NCBI GenBank assembly: GCA_001899175.1
Contig: MKVH01000014.1
Span: 8,907-72,906 of the forward strand
Reading direction: 5' to 3'
Source of the DNA: Candidatus Kapaibacterium thiocyanatum
Lineage (GTDB): Bacteria > Bacteroidota > Ignavibacteria > Kapaibacteriales > Kapaibacteriaceae
Length of the DNA: 64,000 nucleotides
This document shows, in pieces, positions 1-9,059 of the stretch. The notes beneath the pieces were generated by a model, which did no database searches, was not told where the DNA came from, and saw only the letters and a list, made by a program, of their open reading frames with translations. The translations under genes and the position numbers were made by a program. Numbering within the stretch: the stretch's first letter is position 1; each line of letters opens with the position of its first letter.

Positions 1-668
1 ACGACGTCGATGATGCCGCGCTTGCGGATCTCGACGGCGACGGACGCCTGGATATCGTCGTCCAGCGTCGCGGCCGAACGGAAGTATACCGCAACAAGAG
101 CACGAACAACAACGGAGCGACGCTTGATATCCGTTCGCAACGCATGGGGAATACCATCGGCGCCGACGTCGTGGTGCATCTGTCCGATGGCAGAACGATC
201 CGTCGTACGAGCGTAAGTGGACGGGGCTTGAACATCCAGGAGCCGCCGCTCGTCCACATAGGAATGGGCGATGCGACGATCGATTCCGTCGAGATCCGCT
301 GGCCGTATCCGGATGCGAGGACCTCGCGTCATGGTGTATCGGCGGCGTCAGGACGTACGACGCTGACGGGTTCGTCGGAGAGCGGTGCCACGACGACCTT
401 CACGCTGTCATCCGTGCGAAGGGCACAGGGTCTTGAGATCATGGTGAAGAGAACGTCGAACGATCCATCGCCGCTGAAGCTGCAGGTGATGGCCGTCGAT
501 GGCGGTACCGTCGCGACACTTTGCGATGAAATCGTTTCCGAGGAAGCGTATCGAACCGTGTGGACGTATGTGGATGGGCAGGGAACGCCTGTCTCGAGCG
601 GCATGTACGTCGTGGTGTGTACACTCGGTGGTGTGGTGCAGACGCTGACGACGACAACGATCAAGTAG
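1..668 (+). CDS. FG-GAP + ASPIC/UnbV (CRTAC1-like) secreted protein with FlgD/T9SS-like C-terminal domain, 5'-truncated
   Basis: Frame is open from position 3: ADLDGDGRLDIV (FG-GAP Ca-binding repeat), then YRN...IGADVVV...VHIGMGDATIDSVEIRWP (ASPIC/UnbV), ending WTYVDGQGTPVSSGMYVV (FlgD-Ig/CTD-like). Confidence 0.8.
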   Translation, partial: DVDDAALADLDGDGRLDIVVQRRGRTEVYRNKSTNNNGATLDIRSQRMGNTIGADVVVHLSDGRTIRRTSVSGRGLNIQEPPLVHIGMGDATIDSVEIRWPYPDARTSRHGVSAASGRTTLTGSSESGATTTFTLSSVRRAQGLEIMVKRTSNDPSPLKLQVMAVDGGTVATLCDEIVSEEAYRTVWTYVDGQGTPVSSGMYVVVCTLGGVVQTLTTTTIK

Positions 669-807
669 ACAACGGAAATGCCGGATTACCGGATGCCGGA
701 TGGCATTCGAACGGGTGAATCGTGTGGTGAATGCAGTGCATGAGCATCGTCGCGTCGATGAGGGCGCGACGATGCGATCAATAATCGTCAGGCGAGGGTA
801 GAGGGTA

Positions 808-1428
808 ATGAAGAACGAACAAGCGGCGAGCGTAACATCGCCGAACGGATGGATCGTGCGGATCGGATTCGTATTGGCGCTGTGCGCTGTCGTCCTGGCC
901 GTGATGACCTATGTCCGCGGTAGCGCATCCGCTACCGTGGCGATCATCAACACGGAGACGATCATCAATCGCTATCAGGGAGCGCACGAGGCCCGGAAGT
1001 CGTTCCAGACGACGAGCGATGCATGGCAACGGAACGTGGATACGCTGCGAAGCGAATTGATGCGCATCGTCCATACCTACGAGACATTACCGGCGAACGC
1101 ATCCGTTCATCTGAAGGACAGTCTGAAGCGTGAGGCCGAAGCCCAGCAACAGCGGCTGTCCTCGTATACGGAAGCGGTACAGTCGAAGGCCGAGCAGGAG
1201 CAGATGACGCTGACGGACGGCATCGTGACGCAGATCCGTACGGCAGCCGCAGCCGTCGCAGCGGATCGGGGAATCGCCGTCGTTCTTGCCGAGGGTGCCG
1301 ACTCGCCCGTGATCTACGGAGACAAGGCCATCGATCTCACGCAGGACGTTCTGGCCGAACTCGACAAGAGGTTCTTCAAGAACGGTAAGGGATCGGTAAC
1401 GCCGAAAGGGGACGATTCCGTGAAATGA
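808..1428 (+). CDS. OmpH/Skp family periplasmic chaperone
   Basis: N-terminal hydrophobic segment, VAIINTETII beta-strand, long coiled-coil, and C-terminal GIAVVL...VIYGDKAIDLTQDVLAELD typical of Skp. Confidence 0.85.
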   Translation: MKNEQAASVTSPNGWIVRIGFVLALCAVVLAVMTYVRGSASATVAIINTETIINRYQGAHEARKSFQTTSDAWQRNVDTLRSELMRIVHTYETLPANASVHLKDSLKREAEAQQQRLSSYTEAVQSKAEQEQMTLTDGIVTQIRTAAAAVAADRGIAVVLAEGADSPVIYGDKAIDLTQDVLAELDKRFFKNGKGSVTPKGDDSVK

Positions 1429-1529
1429 TGTCGTGAGAGAATCCCGGATCGATCCGGGGCGGAATGAATCGTGTGGTCGGTACGCTGAAGTAGTCAACAG
1501 GAAGCCATTCACAGTAGTCGATCGATACA

Positions 1530-4500
1530 ATGCTTCAAACAAACGGTTGGTATGGCCGGTGCACGGCATGGACAGTCATGCTGGTATTCGTACTGGAGGC
1601 TCTGGCACCCACGGTGGCCAGAGCGTTGACGTCCGGTCCGTCACAGCCGGAGTTTTCCGGTTTCGAACCGGTCGGTACGACGGGACTCGTGAACGAAGCG
1701 ACCGGTGGCTTCAGCTATTCGATACCGATCGTCCAGGTTCCGGGGCCTAACGGAAGTACCTATCCACTCACTCTTTCCTATCACTCGAATACGGGTGTGG
1801 AAGAGGATGCGTCGTGGGTGGGTTATGGCTGGACGCTGAATGCGGGATCGATCAATCGCAGCGTACGGGGTCTTCCGGATGATATAAACGGTGAAAATAT
1901 CATCGAATATCACAGCCAGCCGATGGACGAGACCTATGCAGTAGGGAATTCGATCAAGCCACAGGCGGCGAGTATCGACATCTTCAGCTTCGACCGTGCC
2001 GTGACGTACAACACGCGTGCCGGCTACAGCCTGGTAAGCGGTATGTCATTGAACGTCGGCAACATGCTCTCGCTCGATCTTCGCCGCGACAACGGTCGTA
2101 TGCGCTATGGTATCCGCCCGAACTGGGCCAATCTCTTCTCGATGGCTGCGACGGAATGGCTCGCCGAGAAGGGACAGGCACAGATCAAGAAGGAAATCGC
2201 TGCGGCGACCGGAATGAAGAAGCTGATCATGAACGCCATGAACAAGCAACGTTTGCAGAACATCCAGAAGCAGGCGACGGTGTTCTCGACGGCGGCGAAC
2301 TACGTCGTCAACATGATGAATTCATCGTCCATGCCCGTGTCGACGCTGAAGTATTCGGGCGAGGACTACCACCTGAACTTCGGTTCGACGCTGGCCATTC
2401 CCGGTATTCCCATCATCATCGGTGGCCATGGTGGTGTTCGCGGATCGTACAGCGTGAAAAGGTTCGGTGACAATACGGGAACGGCTCCGGATCATTCCAG
2501 GGTCACTGCCTATGGTTACATGTATCAGAAGTCCGGCATCTTCGACGCGGACATGCAGGACTATTCCACGCAGGTCGAATCGTCGTTCGATACACGCGAC
2601 AGATACATCTCACCTGCGTATTCCGGGGCGGACATGTTCTCCGCATCGGGACAAGGGATTTCGGGTGCCTTCCGCTTCTGGCAGCAGAAGCCCGGCGCAT
2701 ACCGGCCGAGGAAGGTGACCAGTTCGCGTACCCAGTTGAAGGGCGATGTGGAAGGCAGCCTTTCGTTGGACAAGTTGTCTCTCGGTTCGGCGGTTTCCTT
2801 CGGATACGACGAGACGACGGTCCAGGGTAATCTCAATACGGCGCTGGCTGCAGCATTCTTGAACGAAGGCTATGCCGACCGGGTCAAGAACGGCGTATTC
2901 GCGCGGATGACCAACGATCCTGCCGATCGCATCCTCTACTACCCTTCCGACGCTCCGGAATACTCGTTCGGCGGTGGTGCCTACGTCGCCAGTGCCTATA
3001 GTCGAATCAACAACGCCGCATCGGGTCTGGAACGACCCCGTTCGTCCACGGCAGTCCAGTTCCGGACGAATCAGGAGATGACGGGATTCCTCCGTGCTAC
3101 GGGAAGCGGATCGGCGACCGGCACGGGTGGCTTCACCAAGGGAACGATGTCCGTGCATTCCACGAGCGTCAGCAAGACGTCGGGTCTGATGCGTAGCGGA
3201 TCGAACATCCATAACCGTATCGGTGAAGTCGCGATGACGACATCGTCCGGTATGACCTACGTCTATGGGCTTCCCGTCTACTCTTGCGATGAACGTAGTC
3301 TGCAATTCATGGGACGCCGGGTCGCGGACAGCTACCGACACTGGAACAAGCTCGCCCAGAACAAGGATCTGTCGACGACTGATCCGAAGGTCCAGGTAAC
3401 GGGGACCTATCGTGCGGCACCATATCCGGGTAGCCATCTTCTGACGGAGGTGCGTACACCGGACTACATCGACCTGAAGAACGACGGGCTTACGATGGAC
3501 GATCTAGGTGGATGGACGTCGTTCACCTATCGCAAGGCTGCCGGCGGCCAGACCAGCAGGAAGCAGGACTGGTTCCGGTGGCGCATGCCGTATTCGGGAT
3601 TCTACTATCACGCCGGCAGTCATACGTCGGGCAGTGATGACCGTGCGACCGTATCGTCGGGCTATCGCGAACTCCACTACCTGGAGAAGATCGAGACGAA
3701 AACGCACGTCGCCTACTTCGTGACGAACAAGACGAACAAGACGGTGACCGTCGGTGGGCAGACGCTGTCGTTGCAGGGATCGAACGCCAAGCGTCTCGAT
3801 GCATGGGAAGCCTACAATGCGACGGGCCGATACGACGAGGATGAGAAAGTATCCGCGGAGTGGAAGGACAGTGCTCTGCTTCCTGCCGTCTATCAAGGTC
3901 CTGAACACGTGGGATTGTACGGCAAGAAACTCGGAGGACGCCGCTGGAACAGCGATCCGTGGGGCGCCGATGGCGATCCGGTCGAGCAAGGTCTCGCGCG
4001 CGAGAACAAGAGCGAATATCTCGAGAAGATCATCCTGGTCGCGAAGAAACCGACGACGGGATATGAATTGCTGCAGACGGTGAACCTCGAGTACACCTAT
4101 GAACTGCAGGAATCCCGTGCCGGTAGCTGGGTACAGACGACGATCTGGGATCCGGTGCTCATGCAGGACGTGGAAGTGATGGACGTGAATATGCACGACA
4201 CGATCTATGCCGTGCCGGGCAGGCTCAATTCATCCGTCATGTTCACGAGCGATCGGGTTCACCCTGCCCATACCGCAACACGGATGAACGGCAAGCGCTT
4301 CGGCAAGTTGACGCTGAAACGGGTATGGATGGACTACGGCACGGCGAAACGTGCCGATATCGCGCCATACGAGTTCGAGTATCTCTACAGGGACAACAAG
4401 AAGAATCCGTATCCGAAGGAACTCGAAGGGAATATCCTGCTCGATTCCACGCGTGAATATGGCAGACGCTTCAGTCATTCCGATACCGGCAGTCTCGACT

Positions 4501-7500
4501 ATCTCAGGAATACGAAGAACATCCAGAATCCGGGATACGATCCCATTTACGTGGATCCCTGGGGATCGTACAGGGGCGATGGCTATGGAGCGACGCAGAA
4601 TTTCCAGTCGCATCTGAACCAGCGACAGCAGGCAGGATCCAACTTCGATCCTGCCGCGTGGCAGCTCAAGGTCGTACGCCTCCCCTCGGGTGCGGAGATA
4701 CACGTACAATACGAAGCCAACAGCTATGCCTTCGTCCAGGATCAGCCGGCCATGGCCTTCGTCCAGGTGAAGGGTGTCGAGAACGTCGGTGGCGACTACG
4801 TCTACGAACTGAAGCTCGATTCGGACGTCAGTGGCCTTTACATGACACCCGCCGAGGTCGCGGACAGGCTCCGGGCCTATATCCGCCAGTACAGGCAACG
4901 CATCTACTACAAGTTCCTCGCCAAGGTCCAGCCCTCCGGGATATCACCATCGGCAAGTGGGTTTCCGTTCTATGGCGTGGATTACATCACGGGGCATAGC
5001 GATGTCTCCGAGTCCGACGTCGTGACGTGGCCGACCGGTGTCGACAATCGTGTAGGCGTCAAGTTCAACGACGACTATACACCCAGCGATCTCGCGAAGG
5101 AGTTCGCTCTGACGCGCCGTATCGGCTACGTATCCAACGTCGTCAGCAAGAATCAGTACGCCCGGCGGTTCCAGTACCGGAACATGACCAAACAGATGAC
5201 GCTTCCCGACAAGGACTGGTTGATGCCTTCCGAAATAGGGTCGAAGGAAGAGTCGATCCTGAAGGCCCTCATTTCGAGTGCGTCGGGAATCAACGGAGAC
5301 ATCCAGGCGATCGAGGCGATGTTCCAGAACGAACCCTTGTATCCCATCAACAAGTTCTCCTTCATCCGCGTTCCGTGCGGTTCCAAACGTGGTGCCGGTG
5401 TACGCGTGAAGCGCATCGTCATGTACGATCCGGGTATCGAGACGGGAGCTGCAGCCATGTACGGCAGCGAGTATCTGTACGAGACGACCGTGGATGGACG
5501 TACCGTGTCCAGCGGCGTCGTTACGACGGAGCCGGGAGAGATCAGGGATGAATCGTCGTTGACGACCTATCTGGTTGGGCGCGACGACAAGAACTTCCTC
5601 GACAAGCTCGGATCGGGCGACGATATGGAGCAGATGGAAGGCCCGCTCTGTGCGAATGCCTATCCGTCGCCGCAACTGATGTACAGCCGTGTCGTGACGC
5701 GTCCGATCTTCCATACACTGCCGACGGCGCCCGGCTTTGTGGTCTCCGAATTCAATACGGCAAGGGACTATCCGGTCATCGTCGAGTCCACCGAACTGTA
5801 TCAGCTCGGTGCCGACATGCCACCGATCATCCCGTCGAGCAGTCCGGTAGATGTGTCGCTGGGTACCCGTTCCGTGGCCCAGGGCTATACCGTGAAGCTC
5901 AATGCGATGCATGGTACGCCGAAGAGCATGACGAAGTACGCCGGCAAGTACGACGATCCCACGACCTGGAGCATCGTCGAGTCGACGCAGTTCGAATACT
6001 ATGCACCGGGAGAGGGAGTATCCGTGCTGCGCCGTGGAGAGGGATACGATGGTACGGTCGAAGCGGGAGTTCGCCTTGGTGTGGACATGGATGCCGTGCT
6101 CGAAACGAGATCGATCGACAACAATCGGGCTACGGCACAGGTACCCTTCGATGTGGGCATCATGTTCATGTTCCCACCGGTACTCTTCGGTCACGTCGGT
6201 ATGCCGAAGGCACAGATCGGGGCTTCCCATCTCGATCTGAGAGTTCTCACCAAGGTGGTTACCAGTAACGTGCTTCCCAAGCGTACCGTGACCACGAAGA
6301 ACGGCATGGTGCACGTCGAGGAGAATCTGGTCTTCGACCCGCAGAGCGGCAAGCCGTGCATCGTGCGGTCGTTCGACGAGACGTACAAGAACTACCAGAC
6401 CACGACTTCGTCGTACAACGACAAGGCCCAACAGGTCTATACCGTTCCGGCGTCGTTCGTCTATCCTGAACTCGGTAGCAAGTCGTTCAACGACATGCTG
6501 ACGATGCCGTGTACCGGTGCGCCGGTATCGGTCAGTGGCAACATCTATACCCTTACGCTTACCAACGCTTCGGACAAGAACTATCTCACGCCCGGAGATC
6601 TGGTGCGGGTCGGAGGTATCGTGCCGACGGACCGGGCACGGTTGTTCCATGTCACGGCCATCAATCCTACGCTTACCCTCCATGAGACATCGTTCTCTAC
6701 GGCATGGGGTACGGCGCCGGGTATGTACTATCTGACCGTCGTACAGTCCGGCAGAAAACAACTGCTCGATGCCCAGGCAGGATCGATCCAGCAGTTCAGT
6801 CATCAGGTGAAGGCTACGCAAACGCTCGACCCGCTCGCCAACGTCATCAGGGCATCGGCTACCACATATAGCGACAACTGGCCGAGTACGATTCCCAATC
6901 CGGGACCGGGCACATACACGGACTATGAACTCGGCAAGCTTGGACGGTGGAGGCCCAGGTCCAACTATAGCTGGAAATCCAGCGTCCTCGGCGTCTTCGA
7001 TGCATCACCATCCATGCGGGGCAACTACGAGAACGGCTATGCGTCGAGCTTCACCGGCTTCAGCTACGGCAGTCCGCCAGCCGCAAGAACCGCACCGTGG
7101 CTGTTGACTTCCACGATCACAGGATATGACGATCAGGGGAATGCCGTGTCCGAACAGGACGCTCTTGACATTCCGTCGACGGCGTCGTTCACGACACCCT
7201 CGATGCTGCCGTCGATGATCGCGAAGAATGCCGAAATGGGAACCATCTACTTCGAAAGCTTCGAAAGTCTGACCTCGAACGTCGCATCCACAGCTCATAC
7301 CGGAACACGTGCACGATCGTTCACGACGACACCGGTGACGTTGACGACGCTGACGAAGGGTAGCAGAACCGGTCATCGTGGATTGACGATGCAGTATTGG
7401 GTCGCATCGAATGCTGCGAGTCCGGTGACGGTGACCATCAACGGCACGACGCAGACACCTGTCCAGATGGCCCGCGCAGGCGAGTGGGTGCTCTTCCAGA

Positions 7501-8066
7501 TCGTTGCGTCGGACGCGACGGTTGGGGCGATGCCCTCCACGTTTACCGTGACCATGCGCGCTGCAACCGGTACGGTCGCCGTCGACGATATTCGCATCCA
7601 GCCGACGACGTCGGAGGCTACTTGCTATGTCTACGATCCGGGACTGCGGCTCGCGGCACAGTTCGACGATCGTCACTTCGCGATGGTATATCAATACACC
7701 TCCGAAGGTAAGCTTTCCTACAAGAGTCGTGAGACGGAACGCGGCCTGGTAACCATCGAGGAACGGCAGTACAACACGCCGCGGATGAACAGGCCCATGG
7801 CCGATGGTGCGGCTTTGCCGGGAAGCATCGTGGCACAGTCGACGGGACGCCGTACGTTCAGCGGACCGGCGGGAGCGTTCGGTGGGATAGGTCCATCGCA
7901 GCCGATGGGCGTCGGTGCGAAAGGATCCATCATCGACCTGAAGGCTTCGCCGACGCGTCGCACCATCAGACTGTTCGACAACGATTCCGTCAACGTACCG
8001 GATCTGGACTCCCTGCGCCGCGGTGTGGAGACGAAGATGAACAAGAACATGAAGGATTCCCGATGA
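1530..8066 (+). CDS. Large secreted SpvB/TcB-like YD-repeat protein without an RHS core
   Basis: Signal peptide ending TVARA. SpvB-like start VNEATGGFSYSIPIVQVPG...LTLSYHS...SWVGYGWTL. YD-type strands (YLEKIETK, GAGVRVKRI, YDDQGNAV, CYVYD...YQYTSEGKL). Jelly-roll segment ending VDDIRIQP. No DPxG motif. Confidence 0.75.
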   Translation: MLQTNGWYGRCTAWTVMLVFVLEALAPTVARALTSGPSQPEFSGFEPVGTTGLVNEATGGFSYSIPIVQVPGPNGSTYPLTLSYHSNTGVEEDASWVGYGWTLNAGSINRSVRGLPDDINGENIIEYHSQPMDETYAVGNSIKPQAASIDIFSFDRAVTYNTRAGYSLVSGMSLNVGNMLSLDLRRDNGRMRYGIRPNWANLFSMAATEWLAEKGQAQIKKEIAAATGMKKLIMNAMNKQRLQNIQKQATVFSTAANYVVNMMNSSSMPVSTLKYSGEDYHLNFGSTLAIPGIPIIIGGHGGVRGSYSVKRFGDNTGTAPDHSRVTAYGYMYQKSGIFDADMQDYSTQVESSFDTRDRYISPAYSGADMFSASGQGISGAFRFWQQKPGAYRPRKVTSSRTQLKGDVEGSLSLDKLSLGSAVSFGYDETTVQGNLNTALAAAFLNEGYADRVKNGVFARMTNDPADRILYYPSDAPEYSFGGGAYVASAYSRINNAASGLERPRSSTAVQFRTNQEMTGFLRATGSGSATGTGGFTKGTMSVHSTSVSKTSGLMRSGSNIHNRIGEVAMTTSSGMTYVYGLPVYSCDERSLQFMGRRVADSYRHWNKLAQNKDLSTTDPKVQVTGTYRAAPYPGSHLLTEVRTPDYIDLKNDGLTMDDLGGWTSFTYRKAAGGQTSRKQDWFRWRMPYSGFYYHAGSHTSGSDDRATVSSGYRELHYLEKIETKTHVAYFVTNKTNKTVTVGGQTLSLQGSNAKRLDAWEAYNATGRYDEDEKVSAEWKDSALLPAVYQGPEHVGLYGKKLGGRRWNSDPWGADGDPVEQGLARENKSEYLEKIILVAKKPTTGYELLQTVNLEYTYELQESRAGSWVQTTIWDPVLMQDVEVMDVNMHDTIYAVPGRLNSSVMFTSDRVHPAHTATRMNGKRFGKLTLKRVWMDYGTAKRADIAPYEFEYLYRDNKKNPYPKELEGNILLDSTREYGRRFSHSDTGSLDYLRNTKNIQNPGYDPIYVDPWGSYRGDGYGATQNFQSHLNQRQQAGSNFDPAAWQLKVVRLPSGAEIHVQYEANSYAFVQDQPAMAFVQVKGVENVGGDYVYELKLDSDVSGLYMTPAEVADRLRAYIRQYRQRIYYKFLAKVQPSGISPSASGFPFYGVDYITGHSDVSESDVVTWPTGVDNRVGVKFNDDYTPSDLAKEFALTRRIGYVSNVVSKNQYARRFQYRNMTKQMTLPDKDWLMPSEIGSKEESILKALISSASGINGDIQAIEAMFQNEPLYPINKFSFIRVPCGSKRGAGVRVKRIVMYDPGIETGAAAMYGSEYLYETTVDGRTVSSGVVTTEPGEIRDESSLTTYLVGRDDKNFLDKLGSGDDMEQMEGPLCANAYPSPQLMYSRVVTRPIFHTLPTAPGFVVSEFNTARDYPVIVESTELYQLGADMPPIIPSSSPVDVSLGTRSVAQGYTVKLNAMHGTPKSMTKYAGKYDDPTTWSIVESTQFEYYAPGEGVSVLRRGEGYDGTVEAGVRLGVDMDAVLETRSIDNNRATAQVPFDVGIMFMFPPVLFGHVGMPKAQIGASHLDLRVLTKVVTSNVLPKRTVTTKNGMVHVEENLVFDPQSGKPCIVRSFDETYKNYQTTTSSYNDKAQQVYTVPASFVYPELGSKSFNDMLTMPCTGAPVSVSGNIYTLTLTNASDKNYLTPGDLVRVGGIVPTDRARLFHVTAINPTLTLHETSFSTAWGTAPGMYYLTVVQSGRKQLLDAQAGSIQQFSHQVKATQTLDPLANVIRASATTYSDNWPSTIPNPGPGTYTDYELGKLGRWRPRSNYSWKSSVLGVFDASPSMRGNYENGYASSFTGFSYGSPPAARTAPWLLTSTITGYDDQGNAVSEQDALDIPSTASFTTPSMLPSMIAKNAEMGTIYFESFESLTSNVASTAHTGTRARSFTTTPVTLTTLTKGSRTGHRGLTMQYWVASNAASPVTVTINGTTQTPVQMARAGEWVLFQIVASDATVGAMPSTFTVTMRAATGTVAVDDIRIQPTTSEATCYVYDPGLRLAAQFDDRHFAMVYQYTSEGKLSYKSRETERGLVTIEERQYNTPRMNRPMADGAALPGSIVAQSTGRRTFSGPAGAFGGIGPSQPMGVGAKGSIIDLKASPTRRTIRLFDNDSVNVPDLDSLRRGVETKMNKNMKDSR

Positions 8067-8947
8067 AGACGATATCCGCAGTATGCTCCAGGATGACACG
8101 CCCTGCCGCCGCAGTGTTCATGCTGGTGATGTTCTCGCTCATCCTTCATTCAGGTGTATCGGCGCAGACGCTGCAGACACCATGCAATGCATGCAAACCG
8201 CCGGGAGCCGATATGCCGTGGGAGGCCGTCGTTCCGCAGACGGTCGTGGTCCTCGTCGGCGAATGCTCCTTCACCGTTCACGTCAAGGTGCGCAAGTGCA
8301 TCGGTGACGATTGCAAGGAGATCAAGATCGAACGGGTCGACAACAATGCCGGTACATGTACATGGCTGACGGCCGAGGAGATGCAGGCTCTTGCCGTCGG
8401 AACAATGATCAGGGACGACATGCTGGGTCTCGGGCCGCCATCGGGTACGCGTGGCAGCCAATGCTGGCGTGTGATGAGGCCGCGCTGCTGGCGCAAGGTG
8501 GGCTCCGTTCCTCCTTGCCTGTCGGAGGACAGTGGCATTCCGGCAGGAAGTGTCGTACCCTGTGCGAAGGAAGAATGCTGCTCGAACGTGATGTGGGTGA
8601 CGCGCGACTGGTGCGACAATCTCTTCTTCATCCGGGCACGTCCCGAAGATCATGCCGATCACCATGGAATACGTGACGGGGAGATCGTCCCTGGTACCGA
8701 GCGTGAGGACGTCATGAAGGAATGGGACAATCAGTTCAAGCGTCAGTACTGCGCCTTCTGCGTCAGCGATAACAACTCGCTGATGAACAGGGACGGCAAT
8801 GCAGTACCGGAAGGGAAGGGTGGCGACAAGATGCTCGGACCGCAGTACCCCTCGCTCCCGTGCGTGTTCGGCTGCAGCGAGGATATCATCGGACGCCATA
8901 ATGAGGTCTATGAGCGCTTTCTGGAGCGATTGTTCTCGGGTGAGTAA
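8063..8947 (+). CDS. Cysteine-rich secreted hypothetical protein
   Basis: ATGA overlap with the upstream stop; signal peptide ending GVSA-Q; 17 Cys in the predicted mature part. Confidence 0.75.
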   Translation: MKTISAVCSRMTRPAAAVFMLVMFSLILHSGVSAQTLQTPCNACKPPGADMPWEAVVPQTVVVLVGECSFTVHVKVRKCIGDDCKEIKIERVDNNAGTCTWLTAEEMQALAVGTMIRDDMLGLGPPSGTRGSQCWRVMRPRCWRKVGSVPPCLSEDSGIPAGSVVPCAKEECCSNVMWVTRDWCDNLFFIRARPEDHADHHGIRDGEIVPGTEREDVMKEWDNQFKRQYCAFCVSDNNSLMNRDGNAVPEGKGGDKMLGPQYPSLPCVFGCSEDIIGRHNEVYERFLERLFSGE

Positions 8948-9059
8948 GGCGGGCCGGAACGTCTCCGGCGTTCCATCGTGAAGGTGTAGTCGTGTTCCAG
9001 GAAAAGTAAGACCGTTGATCGTAATCATGATGATCTACTCAATTCATAGAGCAACGTCC

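Noticed and set aside
678-708. CCGGAT x3 short repeats after the ASPIC gene
   Set aside because: Irregular spacing and too short for a CRISPR or iteron call.
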